Made by a program: the position numbers and the translations under genes
Notes under the pieces: generated by a model
Told to the model about the DNA's origin: nothing
Seen by the model: only the letters and a program-made list of their open reading frames with translations
Databases searched by the model: none
NCBI GenBank assembly: GCA_002269645.1
Contig: NIVC01000396.1
Span: 542,862-606,861, forward strand
Length of the DNA stretch: 64,000 bases
From: Macrostomum lignano
Taxonomy: Eukaryota
Direction of reading: 5' to 3'
Part shown: piece by piece, positions 46,234-59,564 of the stretch
Layout of the letters: each line of letters opens with the position of its first letter
Numbering within the stretch: position 1 is the first letter of the stretch

Positions 46234-48789
46234 AGCTAGGCCGGCTGGGGCTGCAATGTACATTTAGGCCATGTATTTTAGTGACAGTCTGGCTGATTTG
46301 ATTTATGCTTTCTATAAATCAGGCTAATGATATTTCCCATGGCCAATATCATAGTCGGTGCAGTCAGGACTTACAATGCCTTAAAATTGGGAATAGTTTA
46401 TTGATTTCTTAGCATGTAATAAATGAGATCTTATATTATTATTTTTCATTCGATTGCATATAACCAAAAGTATTTAAAGAATTTAGGGTGTTCCCTAGCC
46501 AATAGCAGGCCTCTAGCATCTGAATAGCAACCTCAGCCCCAATTTCCATTCCCAGTGCCCAATGAATTGTGTCCCATGGAATTCTAAGAGTGTATTCTTA
46601 CTAAATATTCTTTTCATTGATTGATTTCAAAGTTCACAAGGAAGTAAAGTTTGGAAGGCAATAAATTCAATAGAACTAAGATCTGAGATCTCAAATTACC
46701 CAACCTAAGTTTGTATCCCAGGGAAGAAAAATACTTAAAACCAAAAATACAAATATGTAAGAATCTGATATCCTTTAAGTGTTGTCTACTACCTAAAATG
46801 ATCTTAAAAATGAACATGCTTTGAAATTTTATTTGTAGCCATGTAGCCAGTTAGCTAGCTAGACTGACTGCTCTAAGTGAAAGTAGCAACTTACCTTTGA
46901 TTGGGCAACATCTCAGTTTACAGGTTTATAGGTAGATTGAACAATTCAAGGCTGGCTAACAATATGTTGCCAACTTACCCAAAAGTGGTTGGCAAAAGTT
47001 AGGATACATGATAGGAACAAGTCTTGCAGCTATTGTCTTGAAACTCTGTGCTTGATCAGCTTTACTTGTGGTTCTCTTTTAAATAAACATAGAAGCATTA
47101 TGCGGTATGTATTTCTATGGCTAAGAGTATGCAAACAAATGCATGCTGCTTACAATAAAAAGCCCTTATAAAAAATTAGACTCTTGTGCTATAATTAGTA
47201 TAAAAGCTAAAATAAGCCACTAACTTTTAAGGCATATGATTTTTTAATACATATTAAAACTTTACAAGCAAGCAAAAGTGACATTACAACTAGGATATCC
47301 CTTGTAAAATAGTAAAACAGTAGTGTTAAAATAGTTCTTTACCGAAAAATAAAAAGATTAAAATAACAAATAATAATCATTATTTTTATTATTGATTTTT
47401 TACATTGCCTTATGACAATATGATGACAATTGTCACTTTATTACACATTATTTTTTTGAGTAGGCCCAATGTGTCCATCACTGCCTAGAAAATATAAAAC
47501 ACTTATATAAAGATCTTTACCCATAAAGTCAAAGATCTTTATATGTAAAATATATATTATAGGCCTAGTCCAAATCTATAAATTGCCAATACTAGGCCAA
47601 TATAAAAATGATTCTGCTGTAGCAACATTTTTTATTATATTTTCAATGATACAGATATTTATATTTATATATATATATATAGTTATATATAAAAATAGGC
47701 CTAGATAAAAATTTATGAATTATATTAGTCTAGCTGATCCTATAAATAATAGGTTAGGCTTAGCCTAGCTGCCTAGAAGTCTATGACTCTATGCTAATTA
47801 ATAAAGTCAAGAAACTGAAGAATTGGTATACTGGATTTGGAACTAATAGACCTGCATTAAATATACCTATGGCTATAGGCAACTTGCCTATAAGTATAAC
47901 AAACTAAAAATTGCCTAAGCTTAATAGTCCTAATACCAAAGGCAACATCATAATAGGCCTATATTATGGGTGGGGGTTATTTTTATGGCTAAGCCATAGA
48001 TATAGCCTGAATACAGTAAATACTAATTTTTTATGGCTGGCCGACGGCCATAGAAATGTCAAAAGTTGTTATAATTATGGCTGAGCCATATTATAGCCAT
48101 AGGCTTATATTATATATATTAACTGGACTGCCTGTCAGTTATTGCTAGTAAATTAATAAAGAAGTAAAAAATAATGCTTTCTTGAATTTAATAGGGCGTA
48201 GGAACTTAGGAAGTATAAATAACAGCAAATAAAAGCATAACATAAAAATAACATACAGCCATCATCTGCCATGCAACTCAGTCTTGACCAAAAACGCAAC
48301 AAAGTTTCAGTTCATTTGCTCCTGTAAAGAAAAGAAGAGAAAATTCTCTAACTTGAGTTAAAACGAAAACAAACACTCCAAGTAGGGCACACGGGCCCAA
48401 ATAGTTATATTGTCTCTTGATAGCACAGTTACCAGCGGACGCTTGAGATGCATTGAGGATGATGAGATCGACTTACAACTTGATAAGTTGCGCATGTTTT
48501 GAATCATCACATTTTTCGCTTTTTATATGTGATCTCATAAATTTATTAAAATTAAGAACATACTTTTGCCTACGAATTCTTCAAACGTTAAGATACGATT
48601 TCGCGGCTCTACAAAGTGCGAACTATATAGTTTTTGTTTTAACTGATTACTTTTGCTTAACATTAAGCAAATAAAGTAATGAGCTACGAATCTTATAACA
48701 GGGACTGCCATACTGTTATTAGAAAGACAAGATGGATAGATGGATTTATAGATGGATAGACAGATAGATCTCTGCTTGGGATGAGCTCA

Positions 48790-50480
48790 AATTGACGCCT
48801 GCCGAGCTGAGCGAGGTACATGTAGCATAATCATAATTCTCTGACGGGGGCGAAAGCAGCGCATTCCGCTAAACCTGGCAGTCGACTCTGACGAGCGCGG
48901 GAACGAGCTACATGAGTTTTTCGCCGCCATTGTCAACGCGCCGCTATCCCCGCTGCCAGACAGTCTGACGCTGCCGCCGGAGATGCCGTTGCCGGCAGAG
49001 GAGAGTTTCAGCCTAGCATCAGTCAGCACAGCCGACGTTGTGAGGCTCGCCCAACAGTCACCGGGCGGGTAAGCGCTGGGTCCGGACGAGGTGCCCATCG
49101 AGGCGCTGCGCATCCACTGTGTGGCCAGTGAGGTCGCCAGAGTGATTAATCGCGTACGCTCTTCGGTGAGGATCGAGGCACCTAACGAATGGACCACGGC
49201 GCACATCGTCGCAGTTCCTAAGAAACCGGGCACCACGAGGCTTGAGGAGCATCGAGGTATCTGCCTTCAGTCCTGCTCTGCGAAGTTGTTCAACCGGATG
49301 CTGTTATCGCGGTTGCAGCCCGTGCTGGATCCGTACCTGCGTCCTTGAGCAGATCGGCTTCCGGCCCCATCGCGGCACAGCTAGTGACGCAGATCAGCTG
49401 GCTCTTCGGCGAGTCATCGAGGAAGCACAGATATGCCAGTCGATCCTATTGTTATCTTCATAGATTTCAAGAAAGCATTCGACTCGGTCGTCAGGTCTGA
49501 GCTCCCAAAGGTGCTCCGTGCGTACAACGTGCCAGAGCAGCTGATTTCCGCCATCATGGCGATGTACCGTGATACGAAAGCTGCTGTTTAAACACCGGAC
49601 GGCCTATCGGACTTCTTTAAGACATCCTCCGGGGTGCTACAGAGAGATACGCTTGCGCCATTCCTGTTCGTTCTGATGCTTGACTGGGTGCTGCGGACCG
49701 CTCTTCCTATCAACGACGACAACTTTCTGTTTCTGTTTGCTTGGCTACGCCGACGACTTCGCCCTGCTGTCCTCAACTGTCGAGGGCGCCCAGCGACAAC
49801 TGGACAAGCTAGTTGCTGTTGGGAAAGTGTCGACCTGGTGGTCAACACGTAGAAGACCGTCATGCTCTGCGTGCCGGACGACATCGAGGCTGCGATTTTG
49901 AGACGAGGTGCTGATGGACGGGCAACAGAGCTTCCGCGTTGTCAGCAGTTCGTCTACCTCGGCGGTCTGGTTCCCGCGGCGTGTGCGAGGATTTGCAGCG
50001 TCGACGCGGGCTTGCCTGGGCTGCCTTTCGTTCTGTGAGGGCAGTCGTGCAGTCCGAGGCCTTACCTGACCGCCAGAGGGCGGCGTCGTTCCAGGTGGTG
50101 ATCGAGACCGTCCTGCTGTACAACGCCGAGACCTGGACGCTGACGGAGTAGCTCGAACAACAAGTTGACGCGGCGCACGCTGGCCTGCTGCGCGCCGCCT
50201 TCAAGATCGGCTACGAGCGAGTGGACCAACGCGGCTTTGTATCACCGCGCCGGCCTGGTCCGTCCAAGCGGCGACCTGTTGCGCCGTCGGCGACTCCAGC
50301 TGGCAGGCCAAATCATCCGCGCCGAGTCGTACTGCCCAGAGCCGGTGCAGGAGGTGCTGCTGCTAACGCTGCAGTCACCCTACCGGCGGGGGTAGGCGCG
50401 CACTCGGCGTTTCGTCGATTTCCTGCTGGCTGACGCCGGCGCCCCGGATTCGGCCGGCGGCGTGGCGTTCATTCGCGACC
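48790..50480 (+). mobile_element. 5'-truncated, decayed RTE-like LINE (RT domain)
   Basis: EWTTAHIVAVPKKPG...HRGICLQSCSAKLFNRMLL, DFKKAFDSV, GVLQRDTLAPFLF, LGYADDF and FVYLGGL; frameshifts and stops. Same family as 10200-12830. Confidence 0.9.
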
Positions 50481-51261
50481 TGCCCGTGACGCCAATCGCG
50501 TATTCTGTTGTTGCATAACCATCATAAACTTCCTCTTCGCAAAACAGATGGGTGGGAAATCTGCTTGCAGCTATTAGGGTTACTATCTATGACATGGGCA
50601 TACTTGTCAAATGTACAAGTAGTCTAAGGAGCTTTTATCCTCATAATTTTTGCGACAATTCAATCAAATGGAAACGATGAACTAACATAGAAATATTTTC
50701 AAATTTGGGTCTTATGGTCGGATATTCTATATAGGTTCTTAATTAAAAGCATGTGAGGCATTATTTTTTCCAAACTTTACTGATCAAATATCTGTAATGT
50801 TGAAATAAAGATGGGTAATATTATGCACTTATGTGACATGAAAGTGCCAATTTTCCGTGAACTAAGGTGGATCTGCAGCTGCATGATGCATGCGTGACAA
50901 GGACTTCTCTCAAGTACTCAAAGCATGGTTTGTGCGTTCGTACGTGATGAACGTGCATTCAATGTGGGGTGCAGACCACATATACGATCAGCGCCTATGC
51001 GGGACAGCGACCCTAAATGTAGCTGTACATATATGCAAAATTTAAGTTTTTTACTAATTCACTACTCACAAAATCGCAAACATCTCAAGACAAGCCTGGT
51101 GTTGCGTTGATATATATATAGGGAGCACATCCGGATCGACATGCGTCAGGCTAAGGGTTTTTTTAAACGAATAATGAAAGTAGAACCGTTATCACATAGG
51201 GCCTCAAATACGAAATTGACTCTTTAAATAGCGCGTTTCCCATATCCATTAAAACTGCTTT

Positions 51262-51878
51262 TCAGACAATATGATCCATGTAGATCAGCAGATGGTCGGC
51301 AAAGCCCACAACTTTCTCCAAGTACGGGGCGTCGTACTTTGCGTAGAAAAAAATAGGGAGCTTTGTGAAACCAGCCTTGTTGGCAAACGGCATTAGACAA
51401 TCGTCTTTGTCGCTTTCTACAATCCCCATAAAGCCGCGATCATTGTCGCAGTCGCGATCATCGAACTTGTGGATGTAAAACGTCCTGTTGGAGGAGCTGC
51501 TGCGGTTGTGTCCAGCGATGCTGAAATGAGCGAATTTCGGCGCCGAGCGGCCGTTGTTGTACATCCAAAACGGGATGGTGTACAGGAGCCGCTCCGGACT
51601 GAACCAGTTGGAAGTATTCAGCCCGGTCTTGTCGCTAACGTCAAACCACGCCGAAGCTACTCGGTTGGCTTTCTGCCGCAGTTCAACCACAATGATATCG
51701 GCGTTGTACTGCAGCAGAGCGTTGCTCAGGTCGTCCAGCAAGGCAGAGCGGTAAATTGTTTCAATTTTTGTTGCGTTGGTCCGATTCCCGCTCGCAGCGC
51801 CGTCACCGTAGAAAAATACCGTCGAAGGTTCTTCGTCGGTACCGCCCTCGGCCGAAAACAGCACCATCTCGGGCTTGG
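51262..51878 (-). CDS. Terminal exon of an uncharacterised, probably extracellular invertebrate-type protein
   Basis: GC-rich open frame after a phase-1 acceptor (cctttcag|CC). Pattern YRS..LD...WF...K...SNWFS..RL...FSI.G...RTFYI...DC.ND.GF...C...P..FY, with several NxS/T sequons. Upstream exon not identified. Confidence 0.6.
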
Positions 51879-52849
51879 CTGAAAGGGGTGGAGTATATTT
51901 AAAACTTTGCGCGGTAACACATTCCAGGATGTTGCTTCCTGTCTGCAACTTTTGTGCCGGTAGTTCATTTCTTCTTTTTTCATTATTTTGTTATCTTCAA
52001 TTATTCTTCGCTTCAAGGATGCATTCGCTGTATTAACCTTTAAATTTTTCAATTGAATTCCGGTGCAATATGACAATGCTTAATATTTTTTATTAATATT
52101 CCATAACGATGTTAATTCATTTTTATGAAATGAAATGACGGATTTTATTGCTTTTGTTCTCACATTTACAATTTACTCACTTCATAAAACACATTGTATA
52201 CCAACAAACCAAATTATACTTTAAACTATGTTTCTCGTTACTAATCTGTTCCATGCAATAGTACGTACGTCGTTTCATGCAATAGTTTGCTTTTTCTTTT
52301 ACTCAAGTTCAACAATTTCATAGAAAATATTCGTCTAGACTCATTAGACTACAAAGATTCAGTAAACAAAATGACGCAGTTTCTTTCGTATTGGCCAACC
52401 AGCTCAGGCTGTCTTCTCTAGCTGAGCCATTGCACTTCATTACTACTACTGTCTCCAGACTTGCAACCAGAAAACTAACAAACTTCAATCCAATATATGC
52501 ATACACGCGCATTACTCACGGAAAGCAAGTGTCGCCACGGCAGCGCTGATGAGAAGGACGAAAAGGTGGAATAGTTGATCGCGCATCATTTTTGTTGCCT
52601 TGACAACTCCACACTCATGCCTAATGCATTTGCGTTAACATTTATAGCTCAAACGCGTGGGATAGAATCTTGTCTGAGAGCTTTGTTTTTGTGACATTTG
52701 CCATAGAGATAGCTACATATTCTTTGACCGGGCCACTCAATCAGTCATAAGATTATAACCATGGATGAAGGAATACACTGGATTGCTCATCTGAAATAGT
52801 CTATGGTCGAGTTCTTTCCTCCAAACTTGGAATTTACCCCCCTAGGAAT

Positions 52850-53524
52850 CTATTGGCTGATGAAAGTTAAAAATAATCCCCTGTAGGACGTGATTGGCTG
52901 CTGAATCAGTCTATCAAATACATCTTTGGATTTCCCTCAAATTTTCAGCAGCTAGACATGCTTGTAGGTAGAAAAGCCTAAATAAAGCATCACGCTGTTG
53001 CCTGCGGACGTCTCACCAGCCCTGATCATTAATCACAAAGAGACTGGAATGGGCGACCGGTCTGAGCCTTAACTGGTTTTGTTTTTTATTTAGCAGCGAG
53101 GGTTGAAATTACGTCTCCTATTGCTGTCAGGGATAATCCTCTTGGGCAAGGATTTTCCTCTTTAACACTAAGGTTGAAGTGATAACGAATGTTACCGATT
53201 TCAAACGACCACTGTATCGTTATCGGAGCAGTACATAATTATTAAGATGCCGATTATTAATACAGCTAGCTCTAGGTGCATAAAATTCCAAAATTATGAA
53301 TTCTTGATTATGGTCGCTGCCACCAGTCCAATGTTCCTACTATTAAGATGTAAATATAGAGTTAACAGGTAACACAGAGACACAGAGACAGAGACATACT
53401 GCTACAATATTCTACGAAAACACTCAAAGTCAAACTCACACCCCGATCTTCGAATTCCCCCTGACTGATTCAGCAGCCAGTCAAGTCCTACAGGGAATTA
53501 TTTTTAACTTTCATCAGCCAATAG
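52850..53524. repeat. ~62-bp inverted repeat pair flanking ~550 bp (MITE-like)
   Basis: ctattggctgatgaaagttaaaaataatcccctgtaggacgtgattggctgctgaatcagtc at 52850-52912 and its reverse complement at ~53463-53524. No TSD recognised. Confidence 0.75.
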
Positions 53525-54184
53525 CAACTCAAACACACACTCACACAGGGTCTTCGAATTCGAATTGATTTCGACAAGAAGCTCTAGTCAAACTTTGCAC
53601 ACTTCGTGACTTTGTTAAACAGAAAGGTTTCATCTTTTATTGCATTTCTTGGAAAAAAGCACGACTAAAAATCGCACGAACAGCCACTGAAGTTATAAAT
53701 TAAAATAGTCGATAATAGTACCGTGACTATGGCTTTAGAGCTATTATTATGGTAGATTAAATTAACTGATTGCACAACACAAATTTAGTAACCTAATATG
53801 GATTTAAAGGTACCAAAGCATTCTGCGCCTTGGAAATGCCTTTGCGCGAAAAGTGCAATAGTACGAAGTAATTAGAATAATAAATTGAAATTCGCTTTGG
53901 GAACTGTGCGAGCATACGCTACAAAGGCACAAAGTACAGGGACAATGAGCGTGGATCCAAGGCAGGGGGAAGTTTTAACCGCGCAATATTTGAACCCGTT
54001 GAAAAAATCCTAAATTCAGAGACAAAACGCCTGAAAGAATAGCAAAGATAAAGACCCCTGGGACCCAATTGGTTATTTTTCTTAACTCTGTGGCATTCAA
54101 AGCTCATTTTGGCTACTTGATGCTTCGGTTTGTTCCACAAGGTGAGACTGTGTCTGGTTCCGAATTTAGACAATTATTGATTTT

Positions 54185-55370
54185 TGTCTATGGTTCCAGA
54201 GTTAGACAATGGTAGATTGTGTCTATGGTTCCGGAGTTAGACAATGGTAGATTGTGTCTATGGTTCCGGAGTTAGACAATGGTAGATTGTGTCTATGGTT
54301 CCGGAGTTAGACAATGGTATAGATTGTGTCTATGGTTCCGGAGTTAGACAATGGTAGATTGTGTCTATGGTTCCGGAGTTAGACAATGGTAGATTGTGTC
54401 TATGGTTCCGGAGTTAGACGATGGTAGATTGTGTCTATGGTTCCGGAGTTAGACAATGGTAGATTGTGTCTATGGTTCCGGAGTTAGACAATGGTAGATT
54501 GTGTCTATGGTTCCGGAGTTAGACAATGGTAGATTGTGTCTATGGTTCCGGAGTTAGACGATGGTAGATTGTGTCGATGGTTCCGGAGTTAGACAATGGT
54601 AGATTGTGTCTATGGTTCCGGAGTTAGACGATGGTAGATTGTGTCGATGGTTCCGGAGTTAGACAATGGTAGATTGTGTCTATGGTTCCGGAGTTAGACG
54701 ATGGTAGATTGTGTCTATGGTTCCGGAGTTAGACAATGGTAGATTGTGTCTATGGTTCCGGAGTTAGACGATGGTAGATTGTGTCGATGGTTCCGGAGTT
54801 AATGGTAGATTGTGTCTATGGTTTCGGCGTTGATGTTAGATTGTGTCTATGGTTTCGGCGTTGATGTTAGATTGTGTCTATGGTTTCGGCGTTGATGTTA
54901 GATTGTGTCTATGGTTTCGGCGTTGATGGTAGATTGTGTCTATGGTTTCGGCGTTGATGTTAGATTGTGTCTATGGTTTCGGCGTTGATGTTAGATTGTG
55001 TCTATGGTTTCGGCGTTGATGGTAGATTGTGTCTATGGTTTCGGCGTTGATGTTAGATTGTGTCTATGGTTTCGGCGTTGATGTTAGATTGTGTCTATGG
55101 TTTCGGCGTTGATGGTAGATTGTGTCTATGGTTTCGGCGTTGATGGTAGATTGTGTCTATGGTTTCGGCGTTGATGTTAGATTGTGTCTATGGTTCCGGA
55201 GTTAGACAATGGTAGATTGTGTCTATGGTTCCGGAGTTAATGGTAGATTGTGTCTATGGTTCCGGAGTTAGACAATGGTAGATTGTGTCTATAGTTCCGG
55301 AGTTAGACAATGGTAGATTGTGTCTATGGTTTCGGAGTTGATGTTAGATTGTGTCTATGGTTCCGGAGTT
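54185..55370. repeat. Composite 35-bp / 31-bp minisatellite
   Basis: 35-mer atggttccggagttagacaatggtagattgtgtct, interrupted at ~54810-55190 by the related 31-mer atggtttcggcgttgatgttagattgtgtct. Confidence 0.95.
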
Positions 55371-55623
55371 ACGTGGTATTCAGTAGATAGTGTCCATTGT
55401 TCTGGAATCATACTGTACGATACGACACGGATATGCTTTACTGATTCCATGTACTTTTCCGAGGCAATTAAAATTTTGAGGCTGTTGTGCTGCGCAGTTG
55501 CGGATCGCTTCGAGTATCGCTTGTTTCTAAGAACAAAGAGAAGCAATCCGTCGCGGACTACTTAAATTTTTCTGCATTAGCGGTGCATGGGACAGACGTG
55601 CAGAGCACATATTTACGATCTAC

Positions 55624-58600
55624 TCAGAGCAACCAGCGAAAGTCCCGTTGAACCCAAAGCACATTATCTGGCCAGGTTAGGGTCCACCCCTGATTCAATT
55701 GTGTTTTCCCGTCTACAGAGTGGGCCGTGTAGCCGTGCGAGTTGAAGAAAGCCAGGACATCGGCGGAGTCCGTGCCCGTGAGGTGCCTGCTGAGCCACTC
55801 CATCTGGACGGCCGCCACTTTCCTGTCTTTGAAGAGGCGGCCGGCCGTGCGCAGGAAGTCGGCCTCGCCGCCTTCGGCGTCCAGCTTCAGCAGCACCATC
55901 CGCGTGGGCACCAGCTGGACGAGCTGGTCGGCGGCCAGCGGCATCACCTCCACGGGGTCGGGCACCGAGCGGGCGAACTTGGTGGCGCCGCCGATGTTGC
56001 AATCAGCTGGATAGTTCAGCCTGGCCAAGCGGCTCCTGTCGGAACTGATGAAGCTCCACAGGAGGCTGACGGAGCCGTACGGAGCGGCAGAGCTGCTGCT
56101 GATGGTGACTCGGACGGGTTCGCCGACGTAGCTTCGCGCAGGGCCATGCGAACTCGCATCAGATTGCGGGCGTTGGCGTCCACGGCGATCACCTGTGGAG
56201 GAGGTTGAAGATCAAGCTCAAGTTCAGGTATATTTATTTCTAAATGCCAAGTTTTTTACATTCTTCTTCTTCTTTACAGTAGCTGTCATGGCCGTGGGCG
56301 CGCCCATTCATGCACCAGCTTCCTCCACCACTGCCTGTCCTTTGCTGCTCTTCTTAGCCTCTCCATTTGTCCACCCGGTCCATTCTTTCAGGTCATCTTC
56401 CCACTGTCTTTTTGGTCTTTCTCTTCTTTCTTTCACCCTCCATTTTTCCTTGAATACAGACATCTGCCATGGCTCCCTTTCTTGTCTGATGTCCGTAATA
56501 TTTGAGCTTTCTCCGCTTGATGATCGCCTCCAAAGATCCTGGTTCCTTTCCCAATACCTCCGTAACTTTTCTCTAAACCCAGGCATTTGTCTTTTTCTCT
56601 TTCCGTGAAAAACTTCTTCTGTAAGATTTCATTTCAAACGGTTTGAATGTCTCCATAATTTTCTTCCCCAGAGTCCAGCTCTTGCACCCATGTGACCGCC
56701 TTTGTAATCTTAAGGCGATTCTTCAAATTGACTCCTTTGAGCCGCCAAAGTTCCTCAAGCCTTATCATTTCTACATTACTGTAAGTAGAAATGCTCGACT
56801 ATTTACCGGGAAACCCAGCGCCGCCGCCTGCAGCGTGTAGGTGCCAATGTTGCAGCCGATATCGATCAGCGTAGCGTTGCCAACGCCAAGGCGCAGCAGG
56901 CGGTCTAGCAGCGGCGCAACCAGCGACTCCTCCCAGGCGTGATCAGCGACCAGCTTCTCGGTGATGAAGTCGCCTCCCGTGTGGCCCCAGATGGGAACTC
57001 GGCGCGGCGCTGGTGAGCCTGCCGCAGGTGATGCAATTCGCAGCCAGGTTCGGACGCTGCTTTTGCGAAGTCGGCGCTGCAGCCAGGCGGGCGGGTCGGA
57101 CAGGCGGCACAGCGGGAAGCCGCCGCCCGGCAGGTGTTTGTACAGCCGGACACCGTCCAGACAGACGGCCGAGTGGTTGTCCTGGAAAGCCACATTTTCA
57201 AAGTTCATTAGTCACGTGATGATCTAGCCACACGTGTTAGTTGCGCCAGCCCTGCTTGTTCCCTCGGTTAGTAGAAGGAGTTTGATATTTCTCAGCGCAA
57301 TCTGATATCTATATAATCTGTATATAATCTACCTCAATTCATATCTAATCTACCTCAATTCATATCCAATCTACCTTAATCCATATCGAATTTATCTCAA
57401 TTCATATCTAATCTAACTCAATCCATATCCAATCTACCTCAATCCATATCTAATCTATCTCAATTCATATCCAATCTACCTTAATCCATATCGAATTTAT
57501 CTCAATTCATATCTAATCTAACTCAATCCATATCCAATCTACCTCAATCCATATCTAATCTATCTCAATCCATAGCTAACCTACCTCAATCCATAACTAA
57601 TATACCTCAATCCATATCTAATCTACCTCAATCCATATCTAATCTAACTCAATCCATATCTAACCTTAACCTGCATCTAATCTATTTCAATCCGTATCTA
57701 TTACTAATACCTACTAACCATTACTCGTATCCGTTGTTTTTGTAAAGATTAATAGAAACGTTTAAACAAAAAAAACAATTACTACTGAAACCATGCTTTC
57801 TAGCCTAGATATCTATATATGCAGATATCGCGAAGAACGAGCACCCCCAGCGAGCCTTGGCATCTCAGCAACTCCACCATGACCCTTTGGCATCTCAATA
57901 ACTCCCCCGCCATTTATCCTTTGTCATTTATTTGTCATTTATCCTTAGGGCCCTGCGCACTGTAAAGGCGAAAATGCGACTATTGCATATTCAAAGAGCC
58001 TTTGGCAATCAAAGGCAATCGATTATCCAGCAATAAACAACAGCTTGAATGCTTCCAAAGAGATTAGGCAGTCATGCACAGATTCTAGCGCAGATTCCCT
58101 GTTTTAAGCAAAGCCACCCCAAGGCAGGTGTAGGCAGGACTCTGCTGGCGGTCATTTGCAACAGGAAAGAGCAAAGGAGGGTAGGAACACAGCCCTGTGC
58201 CGGTCGGTTTGTTTAGCAACACAAGCGCAGGGCAGCACAGAATGAGGCGAGCCTTGTTTAATTTGTGAGGCATTTGACTGTTTTCAGATACTGCATGCTG
58301 AAACCATGCTTGACTAGCTGTGTTTTGCAGACTTCACAGCTACAGTATAATAGGTAAAAAAAGGGTTAACAGTTTAGCCTGTAAATCCTGTAACTTCACA
58401 GTTGTAACATATATCAAGACGCAGCACAAGTACTGCTGACGCAAAAATCATATCATGCAACCCAGGGTTGGGAATTTTGGCCGAATAGTTCTTCCGAATT
58501 CTTACCGAAACCCAGTAGATCCAATAGTAGATCTACCGAATCCCAGTAGATCCAATAGTAGGTCTACCGAGTCCCAGTAGATCTAATAGTAGGTCTACCG

Positions 58601-59564
58601 AGTCCCAGTAGATCTAATAGTAGGTCTACCGAGTCCCAGTAGATCTAATAGTAGGTCTACCGAGTCCCAGTAGATCCAATAGTAGGTCTACCGAGTCCCA
58701 GTAGATCTAATAGGTAGGTCTACCGAGTCCCAGTAGATCCAATAAGTAGGTCTACCGAGTCCCAGTAGATCCGATAGTAGATCTACAGAGGCCCAATAGA
58801 TCCGATAGTAGGTCTACCGAGTCCCAGTAGATCTAATAGGTAGGTCTACCGAGTCCCAGTAGATCCAATAGTAGGTCTACCGAGTCCCAGTAGATCTAAT
58901 AGTAGGTCTACCTAGTCCCAGTAGATCTAATAGTAGATCTACCGAATCCCAGTAGATCCAATTAGTAGGTCTACATAATCCCAGTAGATCCGATACCATG
59001 TCTACCGAATTCCATTAGATCCGATAATAGGTCTACCGAATACCAGTAGATCTAATAAAGTAGATCTACAGAATTCCAGTAGATCCGATAGTAGATCTAC
59101 AGAATCCCAGTGGATCGAATAGTAGATCTACAGAATCCCAGTAGATCCGATAGTAGATCTACAGAATCTCAGTAGATCTGATATAGTAGATCTACAGAAT
59201 CCCAGTGGATCGAATAGTAGATCTACAGAATCCCAGTAGATCCGATAGTAGATCTACAGAATCTCAGTAGATTTGATATAGTAGATCTACAGAATCTCAG
59301 TAGATCCAATTGTAGATCTACAGAATCCCAGTGGATCGAATTGTAGATCTACAGAATTCCAGTAGATCCGAATCCGTGCAGCGCACAAGAACTCACCTGC
59401 TCAACCCACATGGCCAGGTCGCCCAGACTCCGCAGACATTCGCCCCGACCAGACAAGCCAGTTGCAGTGAAGTTTCGCATCGCGGCCCAGTGCACGATGG
59501 CAACCGTCAGTGCAACCGCTATGGAGAACACCAGCAGCTTCTTCCAACGCATATTGCTCAACAT
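55624..59564 (-). CDS. Type II membrane FkbM-family (Methyltransf_21) SAM-dependent methyltransferase, 3 exons
   Basis: Exons 59564-59397, 57181-56807 and 56192-55624, all phase 0, with a 1-nt frame break near 56132. N-terminal anchor KKLLVFSIAVALTVAIVHW; motif I LIDIGCNIGTYTL; VIAVDAN; LLKLDAEGGE; VQMEW. Confidence 0.85.
56260..56790 (-). mobile_element. 3' end of an RTE/BovB-like LINE in FkbM intron 2
   Basis: Decayed ...RRERPKRQWEDDLKEWTG... terminus followed by a (GAA)n tail. Confidence 0.75.
57320..57680. repeat. 21-bp minisatellite with 105-bp higher-order period, FkbM intron 1
   Basis: Unit atccatatctaatctacctca; the variant ccatatcgaatttatctc recurs at 57381 and 57486. Confidence 0.85.
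58505..59370. repeat. 31-bp minisatellite, FkbM intron 1
   Basis: Unit cccagtagatctaatagtaggtctaccgagt; ends ~25 nt from the donor. Confidence 0.93.

Noticed and set aside
46300-48780. Short ORFs in the AT-rich region upstream of TRANK1
   Set aside because: AT-rich, no domain motifs or convincing splice structure; probably promoter, 5' UTR intron or intergenic DNA.
57785-58318. Direct repeat ctgaaaccatgctt flanking ~500 bp as a possible TSD
   Set aside because: The interior shows no TIR, poly-A tail or coding relic, so there is too little support for an insertion.
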